DNA from: a virus
Taxonomy: Duplodnaviria; Caudoviricetes
DNA length: 41,984 nt
Virus record (IMG/VR): IMGVR_UViG_3300017716_002541
Span: 1-41,984 of that record
Reading direction: 5' to 3' (one strand)
Under the pieces are notes generated by a model, which worked only from the letters and a program-made list of their open reading frames with translations, was not told the DNA's origin and ran no database searches. Every line of letters begins with the position of its first letter. The stretch's first letter is position 1. Shown piece after piece: positions 8,818-19,175 of this stretch. The position numbers and the translations under genes were made by a program.

Positions 8818-10746
8818 ATGGCAAGTTCGCTCATCGGCGCGATCCGCGTCCACCTCGGCCTTGACAGCGCGCAGTTCAGTGATGGTCTGAAAACAGCCCA
8901 GACCGGGCTTCAGCGGTTCGCAGGCATCGCCAAGGCTGGGGCGCTGGCTATCGGGACTGCAATGGTCGCGGCCGGCGGAGCCATGGCTGTGGCCATGCGC
9001 GGGGTGATCGACGACGCCGACGAGATGTCGAAGATGGCTCAGAAGATCGGGGTTCCAATCGAGGAACTGAGCCGCCTTCGCTATGCCGCCGAGCTGTCGG
9101 ATATCAGCTTGGAGGAGTTGGAGAAGTCGCTTCGGCGTCTGTCCGCCGGAATGCTTGACGCTGCCGAGGGTGGTGCGGGCCCGGCGGCCGAAGCGTTCGC
9201 GCTGCTTGGCATCAATGTCCGTGACGCGGCAGGCAACATCCGCTCTTCGACATCTGTGGTCGAGGACCTAGCGGCCCGGTTTGCCGCGATGCCGGATGGT
9301 GTCGAGAAGACCGCGCTGGCCATGCGGATCTTCGGCAAGTCCGGCGCGGACATGATCCCGCTGCTGAACTCGGGCGCGGAAGGCCTGCGCGAGATGTATG
9401 CCGAGGCCGAGCAGCTTGGCATCGTTCTGGACCGGGAAACGGGTCTGGCGGCCGAGCGGTTCAACGACAACCTGACCCGCCTCGGCAAGACCAAGGACGG
9501 GATCGTCACGAAGATCACGGCGGGGATGTTGCCGGCGCTGTCCAACCTGACGGACGCCCTGGCGAATACCGCGCGGAACACCGGCCTTCTGACTTCAATC
9601 GGCAGTGTCCTCGGCCGGGTGATGCAGGTGCAATACAGCGCCATCGCTGCTGTCGCCGGAGCGTTCAGCTTCTTGGCACGAAGCATCAACATGGCGACGG
9701 TCGCGGCCGGACGGCTTGTGCGGGGTGACTTTGCCGGCGCGACCGAGGCTCTGCGGACTGGCGCTCTGGACGTTGCCGGTTCGCTGGCCGCCACGGTCGC
9801 AACCATCCGAAACATCTGGAAGCCCCTCGAAAACGTCGCGCCCGTGGAAACGGCGGTGGCGGAAGTCGACAGCCGTAGCCGCTCGGCCACGGGTGCGGCC
9901 CGGGCGGTGCGCGGCCTGTCTGATGAGCAGCGCGAGCAACAGCGCCTAGCCTCTGAAATGGCCCGCGAGGCGCAGCAGGTTTACGACCAGACCCGCACCC
10001 CGGCCGAACAATACCGCGCCGAAGTCGAGCGTCTGACGCGGATGCTGAACGCCGCCGCGATCAGTCAGGACACCTTCAACCGGGCCATGCGTGACGCTGG
10101 CGTCCGCCGCGACTCTGAAGATCCGCTGTCACAGGCCGGCCAGCGCATTGCAGAAGAGAACCGCGTTGCCGCCGAGCGAGCGCGGGAGGATGCGGCGGAC
10201 TTCGCTGCTGACCACGAAGAGAACCTGCGCTCGGCCACCTATGACGGCGTTCGCGGCGGCCTCGAGGCGGCTGCAGACGGCAACCTGGGCCAGTACCTCG
10301 CGGGCCGAATCCGCGAGGCGCTGTTCGACAATCTGGCCACGTCGATCACCGACCTGTTGCGCGGCCCGAAAGGCTCCGGCGCGAATGGCGGGGCGATGGG
10401 CTGGCTTCGTACTGCCGGTTCGATGCTCAAGAGCTTCTCGGGCGGCATCCCCGGCTTCGCGACGGGCGGCTCGTTCAAGGTCGGCGGGCAGGCCGGGGTC
10501 GACAAGAACCTCGTTTCCTTCCGCGCAACCAAGGGCGAGATGGTCGACATCCGCCGTCCGGGTCAGGACGCGGGCTCAGGCGCCATGGCGGTGCACGTTG
10601 TCCCCTCGCCCTATTTCGATGTCCGGGTGGAGAAGGTCGCAACGCCAATTGCCGGCCGCTCCAGCATCCAGGCGTTCGGCGCGGCGCGGCAGCAAGTCCC
10701 CGCGGATGACGCCCGCCGCCGCCGCTTCAGCCTCACGGGGACCTAA
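8818..10746 (+). CDS. tape measure protein
   Basis: 642 aa Ala-rich helical protein; IGAIRVHLGLDSAQF N-terminus, PGFATGGSF C-terminal motif. Confidence 0.93.
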   Translation: MASSLIGAIRVHLGLDSAQFSDGLKTAQTGLQRFAGIAKAGALAIGTAMVAAGGAMAVAMRGVIDDADEMSKMAQKIGVPIEELSRLRYAAELSDISLEELEKSLRRLSAGMLDAAEGGAGPAAEAFALLGINVRDAAGNIRSSTSVVEDLAARFAAMPDGVEKTALAMRIFGKSGADMIPLLNSGAEGLREMYAEAEQLGIVLDRETGLAAERFNDNLTRLGKTKDGIVTKITAGMLPALSNLTDALANTARNTGLLTSIGSVLGRVMQVQYSAIAAVAGAFSFLARSINMATVAAGRLVRGDFAGATEALRTGALDVAGSLAATVATIRNIWKPLENVAPVETAVAEVDSRSRSATGAARAVRGLSDEQREQQRLASEMAREAQQVYDQTRTPAEQYRAEVERLTRMLNAAAISQDTFNRAMRDAGVRRDSEDPLSQAGQRIAEENRVAAERAREDAADFAADHEENLRSATYDGVRGGLEAAADGNLGQYLAGRIREALFDNLATSITDLLRGPKGSGANGGAMGWLRTAGSMLKSFSGGIPGFATGGSFKVGGQAGVDKNLVSFRATKGEMVDIRRPGQDAGSGAMAVHVVPSPYFDVRVEKVATPIAGRSSIQAFGAARQQVPADDARRRRFSLTGT

Positions 10747-11333
10747 TGGCTATCGCTCTGCCCGACTGGCCCTATCCGGCCGCGATGACGCCTCGCCTTG
10801 TTTCTGGCCGGGCTGAACTGCGGCCCGCATGGGGCGGGGACATCCAGCGCATCAACCGCGCCGGATCCCGGTTTGCCATGGACGTGACCCTGCCGGTGCT
10901 GACCTACATGGACGCGCAGGACTGGTCAGACATAAACGACGAGACGGCCACGGTGACGATGCAGATCGTCCAGCCGGGCCTTGATGTCGGAGCGCCGGGC
11001 GTGACCCTGGTGAAGGGCGCGGGCCAGTCGGGGACGACGCTCATCATCGACGGCTTCACGCCCTACTACGTTCTGCGAAAGAACCAGTGGATCAGCGTCT
11101 CGACCAGCGGTCGGCTATATGCCTACCGGGTCAAGACCGAGGTTGCGGCGGATGCGACGGGCGAGGCGAGTGTGGTGCTGACCACCATGCTGCGCGCGGT
11201 TCATGCCGACAATGACCCGGTGGAGATTGCCGAGCCTCGCATCGAAGGGTTCGCCACGGTTCCGGAGGATGCGTGGGCGACGAATACGGCAGGCCATGTG
11301 GCCCTGTCGTTTACGATTGAAGAGCGCGGCTAG
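10746..11333 (+). CDS. distal tail protein (putative)
   Basis: First gene after the tape measure; translationally coupled. Confidence 0.65.
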   Translation: MAIALPDWPYPAAMTPRLVSGRAELRPAWGGDIQRINRAGSRFAMDVTLPVLTYMDAQDWSDINDETATVTMQIVQPGLDVGAPGVTLVKGAGQSGTTLIIDGFTPYYVLRKNQWISVSTSGRLYAYRVKTEVAADATGEASVVLTTMLRAVHADNDPVEIAEPRIEGFATVPEDAWATNTAGHVALSFTIEERG

Positions 11334-11917
11334 TGGACGCCTCTCTGGTCACAGCCCTACAGGGCGCGGCTCCTACACTGGTGCATCTGGTGACGGTCAC
11401 GCTTTCGGGCGCGACTGTCCGCTGGCTTGACGCGGGTGGCTCCGGCTTCGTGGTCTGGGGTGCGAACACCTACAAGGCCGAGGACGCCACCTACGGCGCT
11501 CTGGGGGCGATTGGGGCCATAGAAGACGGCGCGGACGGACAGGCCACGGTCTGCGAGTTGACCATCCTGTGCGACGCGACCGCAATGGCGCTGTGGGTTG
11601 ACCTGACCGAGCAAGGCTCACTGGTCACGGTTCACCTCGGCGCGGTCACCCCCTCGACCGGCCTGCTGATCGGTGAGCCGGAACTGCTCTTCCGTGGCGA
11701 ACTCGACCAGCCCCGCATCGCATCGGGCCGGGGCCAGACCCTGACCTTCGACTGCATCACCGAAGAAGCCCGGATGCTGGAACCGAACGAAGAGCAGAGG
11801 CTCACGGACAGCTTCCATCAAGCGGTCTGGCCCGGTGACCTTGGCTGCGAACACATTGTGGATGTCGAGAAGAAGATTTACTGGCGCGCGGACGATCCGA
11901 ATGGGGCCATCACATGA
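11333..11917 (+). CDS. minor tail / baseplate hub protein
   Basis: Position; C-terminal H...WPGDLG...KIYW motif of tail-tip proteins. Confidence 0.65.
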   Translation: MDASLVTALQGAAPTLVHLVTVTLSGATVRWLDAGGSGFVVWGANTYKAEDATYGALGAIGAIEDGADGQATVCELTILCDATAMALWVDLTEQGSLVTVHLGAVTPSTGLLIGEPELLFRGELDQPRIASGRGQTLTFDCITEEARMLEPNEEQRLTDSFHQAVWPGDLGCEHIVDVEKKIYWRADDPNGAIT

Positions 11918-12327
11918 CGGCTCGGAAAGCGAAGGCGGCGCAGGCCTGCGTTGATCGGTTCAACGGCAAATCCTACGCGCCGGGAAAGCACGACTGCGCC
12001 CGTCTCGCGGTCCACCTTCTGCACCACCTCGGCCAGCCGGTCGCGATGATGAAGGGCCGCAAATACGCCAGCGAGGCGGCGGCACTAAAGACCCTGCGCG
12101 ATCTCGGGTTTGCCTCTCTGGTTGACGCCGTGGATTCGCTTGGCTTGGAGCGCATCGCCCCGGCCCGCGCGATGTCCGGCGACCTTGTGGCCTTGCCCTG
12201 TGACGATGAGCGGTGGGGCTGCGCTCTGACCGTAGCGGTCGGCAATGGGCGGGTGTTCGGGTTCCTTGATGGGGTCGGCCAGGCGGTCAAGCCGGTCGAC
12301 TTTGTCGCTGCGTGGCGGGTGGTCTGA
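11914..12327 (+). CDS. tail-associated NlpC/P60-like protein (DUF6950-like)
   Basis: PGKHDC motif and GDLV; position before the tail tip protein. Confidence 0.65.
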   Translation: MTARKAKAAQACVDRFNGKSYAPGKHDCARLAVHLLHHLGQPVAMMKGRKYASEAAALKTLRDLGFASLVDAVDSLGLERIAPARAMSGDLVALPCDDERWGCALTVAVGNGRVFGFLDGVGQAVKPVDFVAAWRVV

Positions 12328-12328
12328 G

Positions 12329-14206
12329 ATGCCGCAAATCGCTCAGGCTGCGGCAGTCGCCTTCAACTACATCCAGACCGCGTTTGCCGCCGTCGAGGCT
12401 GGCGGCGCGACTATTGCCCAGACCATCACCGTCACAGCCGTAAAGGCTGCTCAAACTATTGCCGCCGATGCGGCGTTATCTGCGCTTTCCGGCAAGCCTC
12501 GCACTGAGGGATCACAGACCGCTTTCCGCGCCGACACAGACGCTGGAATCCCCGTCGCCTATGGCCGCATCGGCTGCGGCGGGGTCATCAACTACCGCGT
12601 GGCCTATGACGCCACCAACCGATACCAGACCCTGTTCTGCACGGTCTCGGCTGGCCCGATCAAGTCGTTCGTCAGCTTCGCGGCGGACGACATTGTTACG
12701 ACCTTCGACGGGACGCTGAACAAGGCCATCGACGGCGACCACGCCGGGTTCATGTGGCTGAAGACCAGCCTCGGGACGCAGCCGCAAACGGCGTTGACCT
12801 CACCGACCGGAACAGGCGCGGGGATCGCCGCTCCGGATTGGGGTACCGATCACAAGCTGAACGGCCTCGCCTGCTACGCCCTGACGATGTTCGAGAACTC
12901 GAAGGGCGATGAGTTCCGGGGTGGGGTAGTCAAGCCCCTGCACGTCATTGAGGGCGTGTACGGCTGGGACCCCCGGCTGGACAGCACCTATCCGGGCGGG
13001 TCGGGTTCCTGCCGCCTGCTGACGCCTTCGACCTGGGTGTGGATTGATGAGGGTGCGATTGCAGCCCTCAACTGGTGCATTGGCCGATGGGCTGGTGACT
13101 CTGGCGGCGGAACCTATGGCGTCCCGTATGCCTGCTCGCTGATCGCCGGGATCGGTTCCTCGCTGGACGGGATTGACGTTGCATCCTTCGTGAACGCGGC
13201 CAACGTGGCGGACGCGAACGGCTGGAAGGTCGCGGCCTATCCGACGACGAAGGACGACAAGTACGCGGTCCTGACGAACCTGCTGCAAGCCTCGGGCGCG
13301 GTTCCGGCGCGCAAGGCAGGGCAGATCAGTTGCATCACGAACGGCGAAGATCAGGCGTCTGTGGTGACCATCACGGCGGCGGACACGGCGGGGCCTGTCG
13401 AGGTGTCGCTGGGTCAATCGCGGCTCGAGCGGATTAACACGGTCCTGCCCCGGTTCTGGTCGGAAGATCACCGCTGGGACATGGTGCAGATCGCGCCGGT
13501 CTCTAACTCAACCTGGGTCACAGAGGACGGCAGCAAGAAGCGGACACGGGGCATCGACTATCCCTATGTCCCCGCCGCCAATCAGGCCGCCCAGCTTGGC
13601 TATTACGACATCGCCAACGCCCGCGAGCCGGTGACCGGAACTGTGCCGTTCAAGCCGCACATGAGGCGGATTGAGCCGGGCGATTGTTTCACCTTCGATG
13701 AGCCGGGCTTCCTGCTGGACGGCATCAAGGTCAAATGTCTGCGCCGCGCCTATGACCCTATGACCGGCGGAGTGCGGATCACCTTCCGGCAGGAGACGGA
13801 CGCCAAACACGCGGCGGCTCAGGCTATGACGGGCACCGCGCCGGGTGACGCGGGAGCGGGTTCCCCTCCAGCCGCTCCGACCGCCCCGACCATCACAAGC
13901 GTCACGGCCAACTACGACACCAGCGGCCTGATCGTCACGGCCAGCCTCAGTGTCCTTGCCAACGGCCCGGCAGAGGATGGGCTGGACTGGTCGCTGCGCT
14001 GGCGTGTGGCCTCCGGGTCATGGGTTGAAAGCCTGCACACCGACCAGCTTACGGACCCGACGCTGCAAAGCGGCCTCGTCCCGCTGGGTGAGACCCTTGA
14101 TGTGCAGGTCGCCTATTTCGTGGGCGGCGTTCGGACGGCCTGGTCGGCCACCACCACGGTCGCGATCAACGAGTCCGACGTGATTATCGACGGAAATGAC
14201 CCATGA
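12329..14206 (+). CDS. tail tip / host-specificity protein (J-like)
   Basis: IPVAYGR, WDPRLDST motifs; C-terminal Fn3-like region. Confidence 0.8.
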   Translation: MPQIAQAAAVAFNYIQTAFAAVEAGGATIAQTITVTAVKAAQTIAADAALSALSGKPRTEGSQTAFRADTDAGIPVAYGRIGCGGVINYRVAYDATNRYQTLFCTVSAGPIKSFVSFAADDIVTTFDGTLNKAIDGDHAGFMWLKTSLGTQPQTALTSPTGTGAGIAAPDWGTDHKLNGLACYALTMFENSKGDEFRGGVVKPLHVIEGVYGWDPRLDSTYPGGSGSCRLLTPSTWVWIDEGAIAALNWCIGRWAGDSGGGTYGVPYACSLIAGIGSSLDGIDVASFVNAANVADANGWKVAAYPTTKDDKYAVLTNLLQASGAVPARKAGQISCITNGEDQASVVTITAADTAGPVEVSLGQSRLERINTVLPRFWSEDHRWDMVQIAPVSNSTWVTEDGSKKRTRGIDYPYVPAANQAAQLGYYDIANAREPVTGTVPFKPHMRRIEPGDCFTFDEPGFLLDGIKVKCLRRAYDPMTGGVRITFRQETDAKHAAAQAMTGTAPGDAGAGSPPAAPTAPTITSVTANYDTSGLIVTASLSVLANGPAEDGLDWSLRWRVASGSWVESLHTDQLTDPTLQSGLVPLGETLDVQVAYFVGGVRTAWSATTTVAINESDVIIDGNDP

Positions 14207-15171
14207 CGACGACGGTCAACATCCGCCTGAAGATGCGGGGACGGCTGGCGGCGGACTGGACCTCGGGCAATGAGGTGCTGCTGGCCCGCGAGATGGGCAT
14301 CGAGACCGATACCCGAAAGTTCAAATTCGGGGACGGGACGACCGCCTGGAACTCGCTGGCCTATGCGGGGCCAGCCTACGCGACAGGCGTCGTGGCGTTC
14401 CTTGAAACCCCGAGCTCGGCCAATCTTCGCGCCGCTTTGACGGACGAAACTGGCACGGGTGTCGCGGTCTTCGCGGACGCCCCGACCCTAAACGGTCAAG
14501 TCACCGTCAAGGGGACAGGCACCAGCACGGGCGTCGCTTTCCAGACGCAGGACAGCGCGGCAGTCGCGGGCGTGACCATCACCGATAACGGTCGGATGAT
14601 GGGCGGAACGACAACCTCGACCTTCCCCTATTATTTCGTCAGCAGCGGATCAAATACCCTTGTTGGTGAACGCAGCAGCAGCGCGACCAGCCTGACCTCT
14701 AGCGTCGTCTCGGGCGGGGCTTTCCGCAACCCGGACACCACGAACGGCAACTATTGCTCGCTCCAGTTCCTCGGCGTCACGACGACCGCTGCGGGCATTA
14801 CGGCGGGCCACATCGCCTGTGTGATGACGGATCATACCAACGGCTCGTTCGATAGCGATTTGGCCTTCGTCACCCGGAACGCCAACAACCTCCTAGTGGC
14901 CGGAAGGCTGACCAACGTGGGCGACTGGACGGTCACGGGGTCCATGCAGGCATTGTCCGCAACGGCCATTCCGGCAGGCGGGACAGCCGGGGCCGGGGTC
15001 AAGATTTTCTCGACCAGCAACTTCGGTGTGTTCGGCGGTTCCGGCGCTCCGACTTTGTCTGCCGCCAAGGGTTCGCTCTACCTGCGCTCGGACGGCTCCG
15101 GCACCGGTGACCGGGCCTACATCAACACCGACGGCGGGACCACTTGGACCGCCCTGACAACCGCCGCCTAA
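14203..15171 (+). CDS. tail fibre with Mtd_N-like N-terminal anchor
   Basis: RGRLAADWTSGNEVLLAREMGIETDTRKFKFGDGTTAWNSLAY matches the major-tropism-determinant N-terminal motif; C-terminal GAPT..KGSLYLRSDG. Confidence 0.8.
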   Translation: MTTTVNIRLKMRGRLAADWTSGNEVLLAREMGIETDTRKFKFGDGTTAWNSLAYAGPAYATGVVAFLETPSSANLRAALTDETGTGVAVFADAPTLNGQVTVKGTGTSTGVAFQTQDSAAVAGVTITDNGRMMGGTTTSTFPYYFVSSGSNTLVGERSSSATSLTSSVVSGGAFRNPDTTNGNYCSLQFLGVTTTAAGITAGHIACVMTDHTNGSFDSDLAFVTRNANNLLVAGRLTNVGDWTVTGSMQALSATAIPAGGTAGAGVKIFSTSNFGVFGGSGAPTLSAAKGSLYLRSDGSGTGDRAYINTDGGTTWTALTTAA

Positions 15172-15225
15172 CCCTCACCTTCCCGAAAACACGATGACCA
15201 ACACAGCCACGCGAGGGCCTGCTGA

Positions 15226-15624
15226 ATGACGCCTGGAACCTTGAACCTGACGGCCTATCGCAATGTCCCGTTCCTTGAGGCGATCCGCTTTGTCGGCTTC
15301 GACTTCACGGGCGGCACGTTCGCGCTTCAGGTTCGTCTCCTGCCGGGCACGGCGGGGTCGGCGCTGATCGGCCTGACGAACGCCACGGCCGGAACGCAAG
15401 GCCTGTCCGTCGCCGTGACCGAGGAGTCCAGCGTCGATGTTTCGACCCTGACCATCCAGATCGACGAAGCCACCATCGACGCTCTGCTGCCCGCCTCGAC
15501 CAATGGCCAGAAGGCCGGAACGGACGTGGTTCTCTATTACGACCTCATCATCACGGCGACCGGACTGGCGAAGTCCCGCTGGCTTGAGGGCACCTTCACT
15601 ATTGCAGAGGGAGTGACCGTCTGA
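15226..15624 (+). CDS. hypothetical tail/adaptor protein
   Basis: 132 aa beta-rich protein ending YYDL...WLEGTFTIAEGVT, typical of fibre adaptors. Confidence 0.6.
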   Translation: MTPGTLNLTAYRNVPFLEAIRFVGFDFTGGTFALQVRLLPGTAGSALIGLTNATAGTQGLSVAVTEESSVDVSTLTIQIDEATIDALLPASTNGQKAGTDVVLYYDLIITATGLAKSRWLEGTFTIAEGVTV

Positions 15625-17909
15625 TGGCCGTTGCTGAAGTCACCGTAGTCGACAACACGATCACCGTTGAAGTCGGCGGAACCTCCCTGCTAACCCCCCT
15701 GGTTGCCGCCGCCGCTGCATCCGCTGCCGCTGCCGCCGCAAGCGAAGTGCAGACCGGCGAGGACGCGGAGGCGACTGCCGCTGATGTGGTTACCGCGTCG
15801 GGCTTCGCCGCCGCCGCTACGGCAATGGCGAATCCCTATGCCAGCATCGCGGCGGGTCTGGCGGGAACTGCAGACAATGGCGTGTTCGCTGTTCTGCCGC
15901 AGACGGACGGGACAATCCCGATCTACCGCGACGTAGCGGGCACCGAAAGCCTGCTGGCGCGGATGTTCGGAACGCTGTCGGACCACAAGAGCCGCCAGAT
16001 CGTTCCGCCTGTCCTTCTCGGCCATCGCTCGCAGGGGCTGAAACTCCGCAAGGCCCTGTCCGACATTCGCGCCGGTACGCGGTCGGCGCTGAAGATCATG
16101 GCCATTGGGGACAGCCTCGTCGGCATCTCATGGCCTGACGTTCATATCCAGTTGATGAAGGAGCTGGAGGGCTGGATGACCTCCACGCCCGTCTATGCTC
16201 ATTCGTTGTCAGTCCTCGATTACGGTGCCTTCTCAGACTCTGCGGCTGCGACGGCAGGCTCGACTTCCACGACCGGAACTGTCCGCGAGAAGCTGGACTA
16301 TGACGCCGCATGGGACGGCACTCTTGTTTGGCATGATGCCGGGCAGGCGACCCGCTTTTCCATTGGTGGCCTCTCGCCGCAGGGCGATAAAATCTACATC
16401 CCAATCATTCGGGAGCCGGGCGCGGGCACGGTCAAGATCGAGATAGCGAATGCCACGGCGGCTCCCGCTTTGGGGGCTGGCACCTGGGTCAATCCGACCG
16501 TGGGGCAGATCACGTCCGGCCACGCCCTGACCGGGGTTGAACTGCTGGTCGATGCAAGCGGCACGTTTGGTGTCGAGATGGTCACCCTGTCGGTGGCCTT
16601 GGGTTCATGGTCGGTCAAGGTCACACAGACTGCTGGTGGCCGCGTCCGCGTTCGCTATCCGATGCACGAAGTCACCACGGCGGCGGCGTTCAACGTCTGG
16701 CGCGTCGGTTCGTCGTCCAACGACTTTACGACAGCGCAGACCTCGGCTGTAGCCATCGAGGCCGAACAAATCGCCGCCTATGACCCGGACATCATTGTCG
16801 TGGAGTCGGACGACCTTCTGGCATCATATCAAAACTTCCTGCCTAAACTGGAAACGGCAATCAGCACGGCGGGCCTGATGCATGACCCGCTGGTCCTTCT
16901 GGTCATCAATCCGTTTTACGACAACACCCCTTACGATGACACGGACATCATCGAGCGCGCCGACTATTGCCACAGCTTCGCAGCGACCCGGCTGGGCTGG
17001 GACGTGCTGGACGGCATGGCTATGTCGGGCGGTCTGGCCGAGGCCACGGCGGCAGGTTACGAGAACGACGGCATCCACTACAGCGGCGAGATCGCCCGCT
17101 GGATGACGCGGACGTGGCTGGCCTCGCGCGGCTACCTTCCGACACAGCCCCAAGGCGGCGGATATGCCTCTACGCTGCTCACTCTCCAAGGTCCGATCAC
17201 CAAGGCCACCGGCTCGCAACGACCGCTGATCGCCGCCAACATCCCCCCTCTGCTGCTGCAATCATCCTCGTTCGACACGACGACCTGTGCATGGACCGGA
17301 GCTGTCTCGGGAACAGGCTCCTACGCGCGAGGCAATGCGGGAGACATCACCATTGCCACCGGAGCCACGGCGTCGTCTGGCGCTTCGGCCTACATCAACC
17401 AGAACGGCACCCTGCTCGGCATCAACCAGGGCAACGTCCGCGCTGAAAGCCGGGGCTTCGCCGTCCGCGTCCGCACATCGACGGATTGGGACGCGCAGGC
17501 GCTGGCCTTCATCCTCCAGCGCACCGACGCGGTGGCATGGAACAGCGGCTACAACGGGACGCTGGCGGCGAACGGCTGGGGCTTCCGTATCAGCAACGAC
17601 GGGACCAACACCCTCATCCACGGCATCTGCTGGCTGAACGGCGCACTGGTGGTTTCGTCCGCCAGCGCGACCATCCCAACCGGCGCGTCGTCTAACGTCA
17701 AAGACCTTGCCGTCATCTTGCGCCCTGAGACTGTCAGCGCCTCACGCGGCGCACTGGAATGGTTCGCGGGCACGGTGTCGCTCGGCACGTCGAACTACGA
17801 CCACTCGGGCGTGTTCCTGAATATCCGTGCGGAGATCACAAACGGCTCCACGGCGACGAACCGGAACCTGCTGTTCATGCCGCCCAAGTTCCTGAGCGCC
17901 CCGCAGTAG
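15624..17909 (+). CDS. tailspike with SGNH/GDSL hydrolase domain
   Basis: IMAIGDSL (block I) and DGIHY (block V); Ala-rich N-terminal stalk. Confidence 0.72.
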   Translation: MAVAEVTVVDNTITVEVGGTSLLTPLVAAAAASAAAAAASEVQTGEDAEATAADVVTASGFAAAATAMANPYASIAAGLAGTADNGVFAVLPQTDGTIPIYRDVAGTESLLARMFGTLSDHKSRQIVPPVLLGHRSQGLKLRKALSDIRAGTRSALKIMAIGDSLVGISWPDVHIQLMKELEGWMTSTPVYAHSLSVLDYGAFSDSAAATAGSTSTTGTVREKLDYDAAWDGTLVWHDAGQATRFSIGGLSPQGDKIYIPIIREPGAGTVKIEIANATAAPALGAGTWVNPTVGQITSGHALTGVELLVDASGTFGVEMVTLSVALGSWSVKVTQTAGGRVRVRYPMHEVTTAAAFNVWRVGSSSNDFTTAQTSAVAIEAEQIAAYDPDIIVVESDDLLASYQNFLPKLETAISTAGLMHDPLVLLVINPFYDNTPYDDTDIIERADYCHSFAATRLGWDVLDGMAMSGGLAEATAAGYENDGIHYSGEIARWMTRTWLASRGYLPTQPQGGGYASTLLTLQGPITKATGSQRPLIAANIPPLLLQSSSFDTTTCAWTGAVSGTGSYARGNAGDITIATGATASSGASAYINQNGTLLGINQGNVRAESRGFAVRVRTSTDWDAQALAFILQRTDAVAWNSGYNGTLAANGWGFRISNDGTNTLIHGICWLNGALVVSSASATIPTGASSNVKDLAVILRPETVSASRGALEWFAGTVSLGTSNYDHSGVFLNIRAEITNGSTATNRNLLFMPPKFLSAPQ

Positions 17910-17952
17910 GGCCGGCGATCTCGCACTCTTTCCAGCCCGCAGGAGACAGCCC

Positions 17953-18201
17953 GTGACGGCACAAGATCATATTGACGCTATCGGCCCGGCCCAGATCGAA
18001 CTGGAAGAAAGTCTCGAGGAGCTCCTGGTCGCGTCTCGACTGGTCGAGAAACTGGCCGCCCGGGCCACTCGCAAGGCGATGCGCGTCCACGTCCTGCAGG
18101 ACGCCGCCCAGCGCGCGTTCAAGGAAGCGTATCCGGAAGACAATATCGTGCTGTTCTCGGGCGGCTCGAACAAGCCGGAGCCGCAGGAGCCGCAGCCGTG
18201 A
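17953..18201 (+). CDS. hypothetical protein
   Basis: AGGAG RBS, GTG start; stop overlaps next start. Confidence 0.65.
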   Translation: MTAQDHIDAIGPAQIELEESLEELLVASRLVEKLAARATRKAMRVHVLQDAAQRAFKEAYPEDNIVLFSGGSNKPEPQEPQP

Positions 18202-18686
18202 TCGCGATGCTGTTCGGGGTTGCAACCCTTCTTGTCTGGGCCGTCAGTCAGTGGGCCGCGCATGACGACCGTCGCCACGTCGACGCGCTCGGCGTCAGCC
18301 TGATGTTCTGCGTCAGCTACCTGCTGACCAACGTCCTCGCGGTCACCCTCGGTTGGCCGGACATGATCGCCTGGTTCCCGTTTCTGGATGGAGCCCTGTG
18401 CGCCATGATCTACTTCAACTGGCGGCGCCATCCGAAAGCCTGGAAAGCCGTCGTGATGGCCGCCCTGGTCGCGCAGCTGGTGCTGCATTTCGCCGCCACC
18501 GTGTTGTGGAAGACCGACCAGCTGACGTTCAACGGCGCGTACCTGTACGCCACCCTCATCAACGGCGCTTTCGCCATTCAGCTACTTGCGATCGGGAGCG
18601 TTGGGGTTGGTCATGGTCTGGGTCGCTTGCTCGCTGGTCGGCGTCCTCTTCGGCGGGTGGCTTCTGTCGCGGATGCTCGCCGATGA
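18198..18686 (+). CDS. multi-pass membrane protein
   Basis: About 5 hydrophobic segments; coupled to neighbours. Confidence 0.7.
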   Translation: MIAMLFGVATLLVWAVSQWAAHDDRRHVDALGVSLMFCVSYLLTNVLAVTLGWPDMIAWFPFLDGALCAMIYFNWRRHPKAWKAVVMAALVAQLVLHFAATVLWKTDQLTFNGAYLYATLINGAFAIQLLAIGSVGVGHGLGRLLAGRRPLRRVASVADARR

Positions 18687-18871
18687 CCGGGGTGACCTTA
18701 GACCGCCTCGACGAAAGGACCGAGGCCCACGGACTGGCGATTGAGGCCTTGAAGGTCGAGGTCAAGGGTCTGTGGCGCATCGTCTATTGGGGGAGCGGGG
18801 TGTGCTTCGGCTTTGGCGTGGTGGTCACCCTGCTGGTTCCGAAGATCTCCAAACTGCTGGGGCTGTCATGA
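18683..18871 (+). CDS. small membrane protein (XhlA/holin-like)
   Basis: MTGVTLDRLDERTE... coiled coil plus one C-terminal TM segment; ATGA overlaps on both sides. Confidence 0.6.
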   Translation: MTGVTLDRLDERTEAHGLAIEALKVEVKGLWRIVYWGSGVCFGFGVVVTLLVPKISKLLGLS

Positions 18872-19146
18872 ACGCTCCGAAGCGCGACTACCAAACCCTC
18901 GACGCCATCGTGGTTGTCGGCGCCATGCTGATTGTGGGCGGCGGCATTGCCGGCCTCATGTTCCTGACCGTGCCGGGTGAGAACCTGGCCGTCGTGGCGG
19001 GGCTTCTCGGCGGCCTCTCGGGCACTGTCGTCGGAGGCTACGTCGGGTTCCGGTTCGGTGCCTCCCTGCCCGGCAAGGACACCCAGCCGGTGAAGGTCGT
19101 CAACACCCCGGCCGACCCCGTGCAGGTCGAAGACACCAGGCCCTAA
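18868..19146 (+). CDS. putative holin
   Basis: Two TM segments, YVGFRFGAS motif, directly before the endolysin. Confidence 0.65.
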   Translation: MNAPKRDYQTLDAIVVVGAMLIVGGGIAGLMFLTVPGENLAVVAGLLGGLSGTVVGGYVGFRFGASLPGKDTQPVKVVNTPADPVQVEDTRP

Positions 19147-19175
19147 GGCCCACCCCGACAATCTGGAGAGATACC

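Noticed and set aside
14203-15171. Diversity-generating retroelement suggested by the Mtd_N-like domain
   Set aside because: No reverse transcriptase and no TR/VR repeat pair were seen; Mtd_N is a generic fibre anchor
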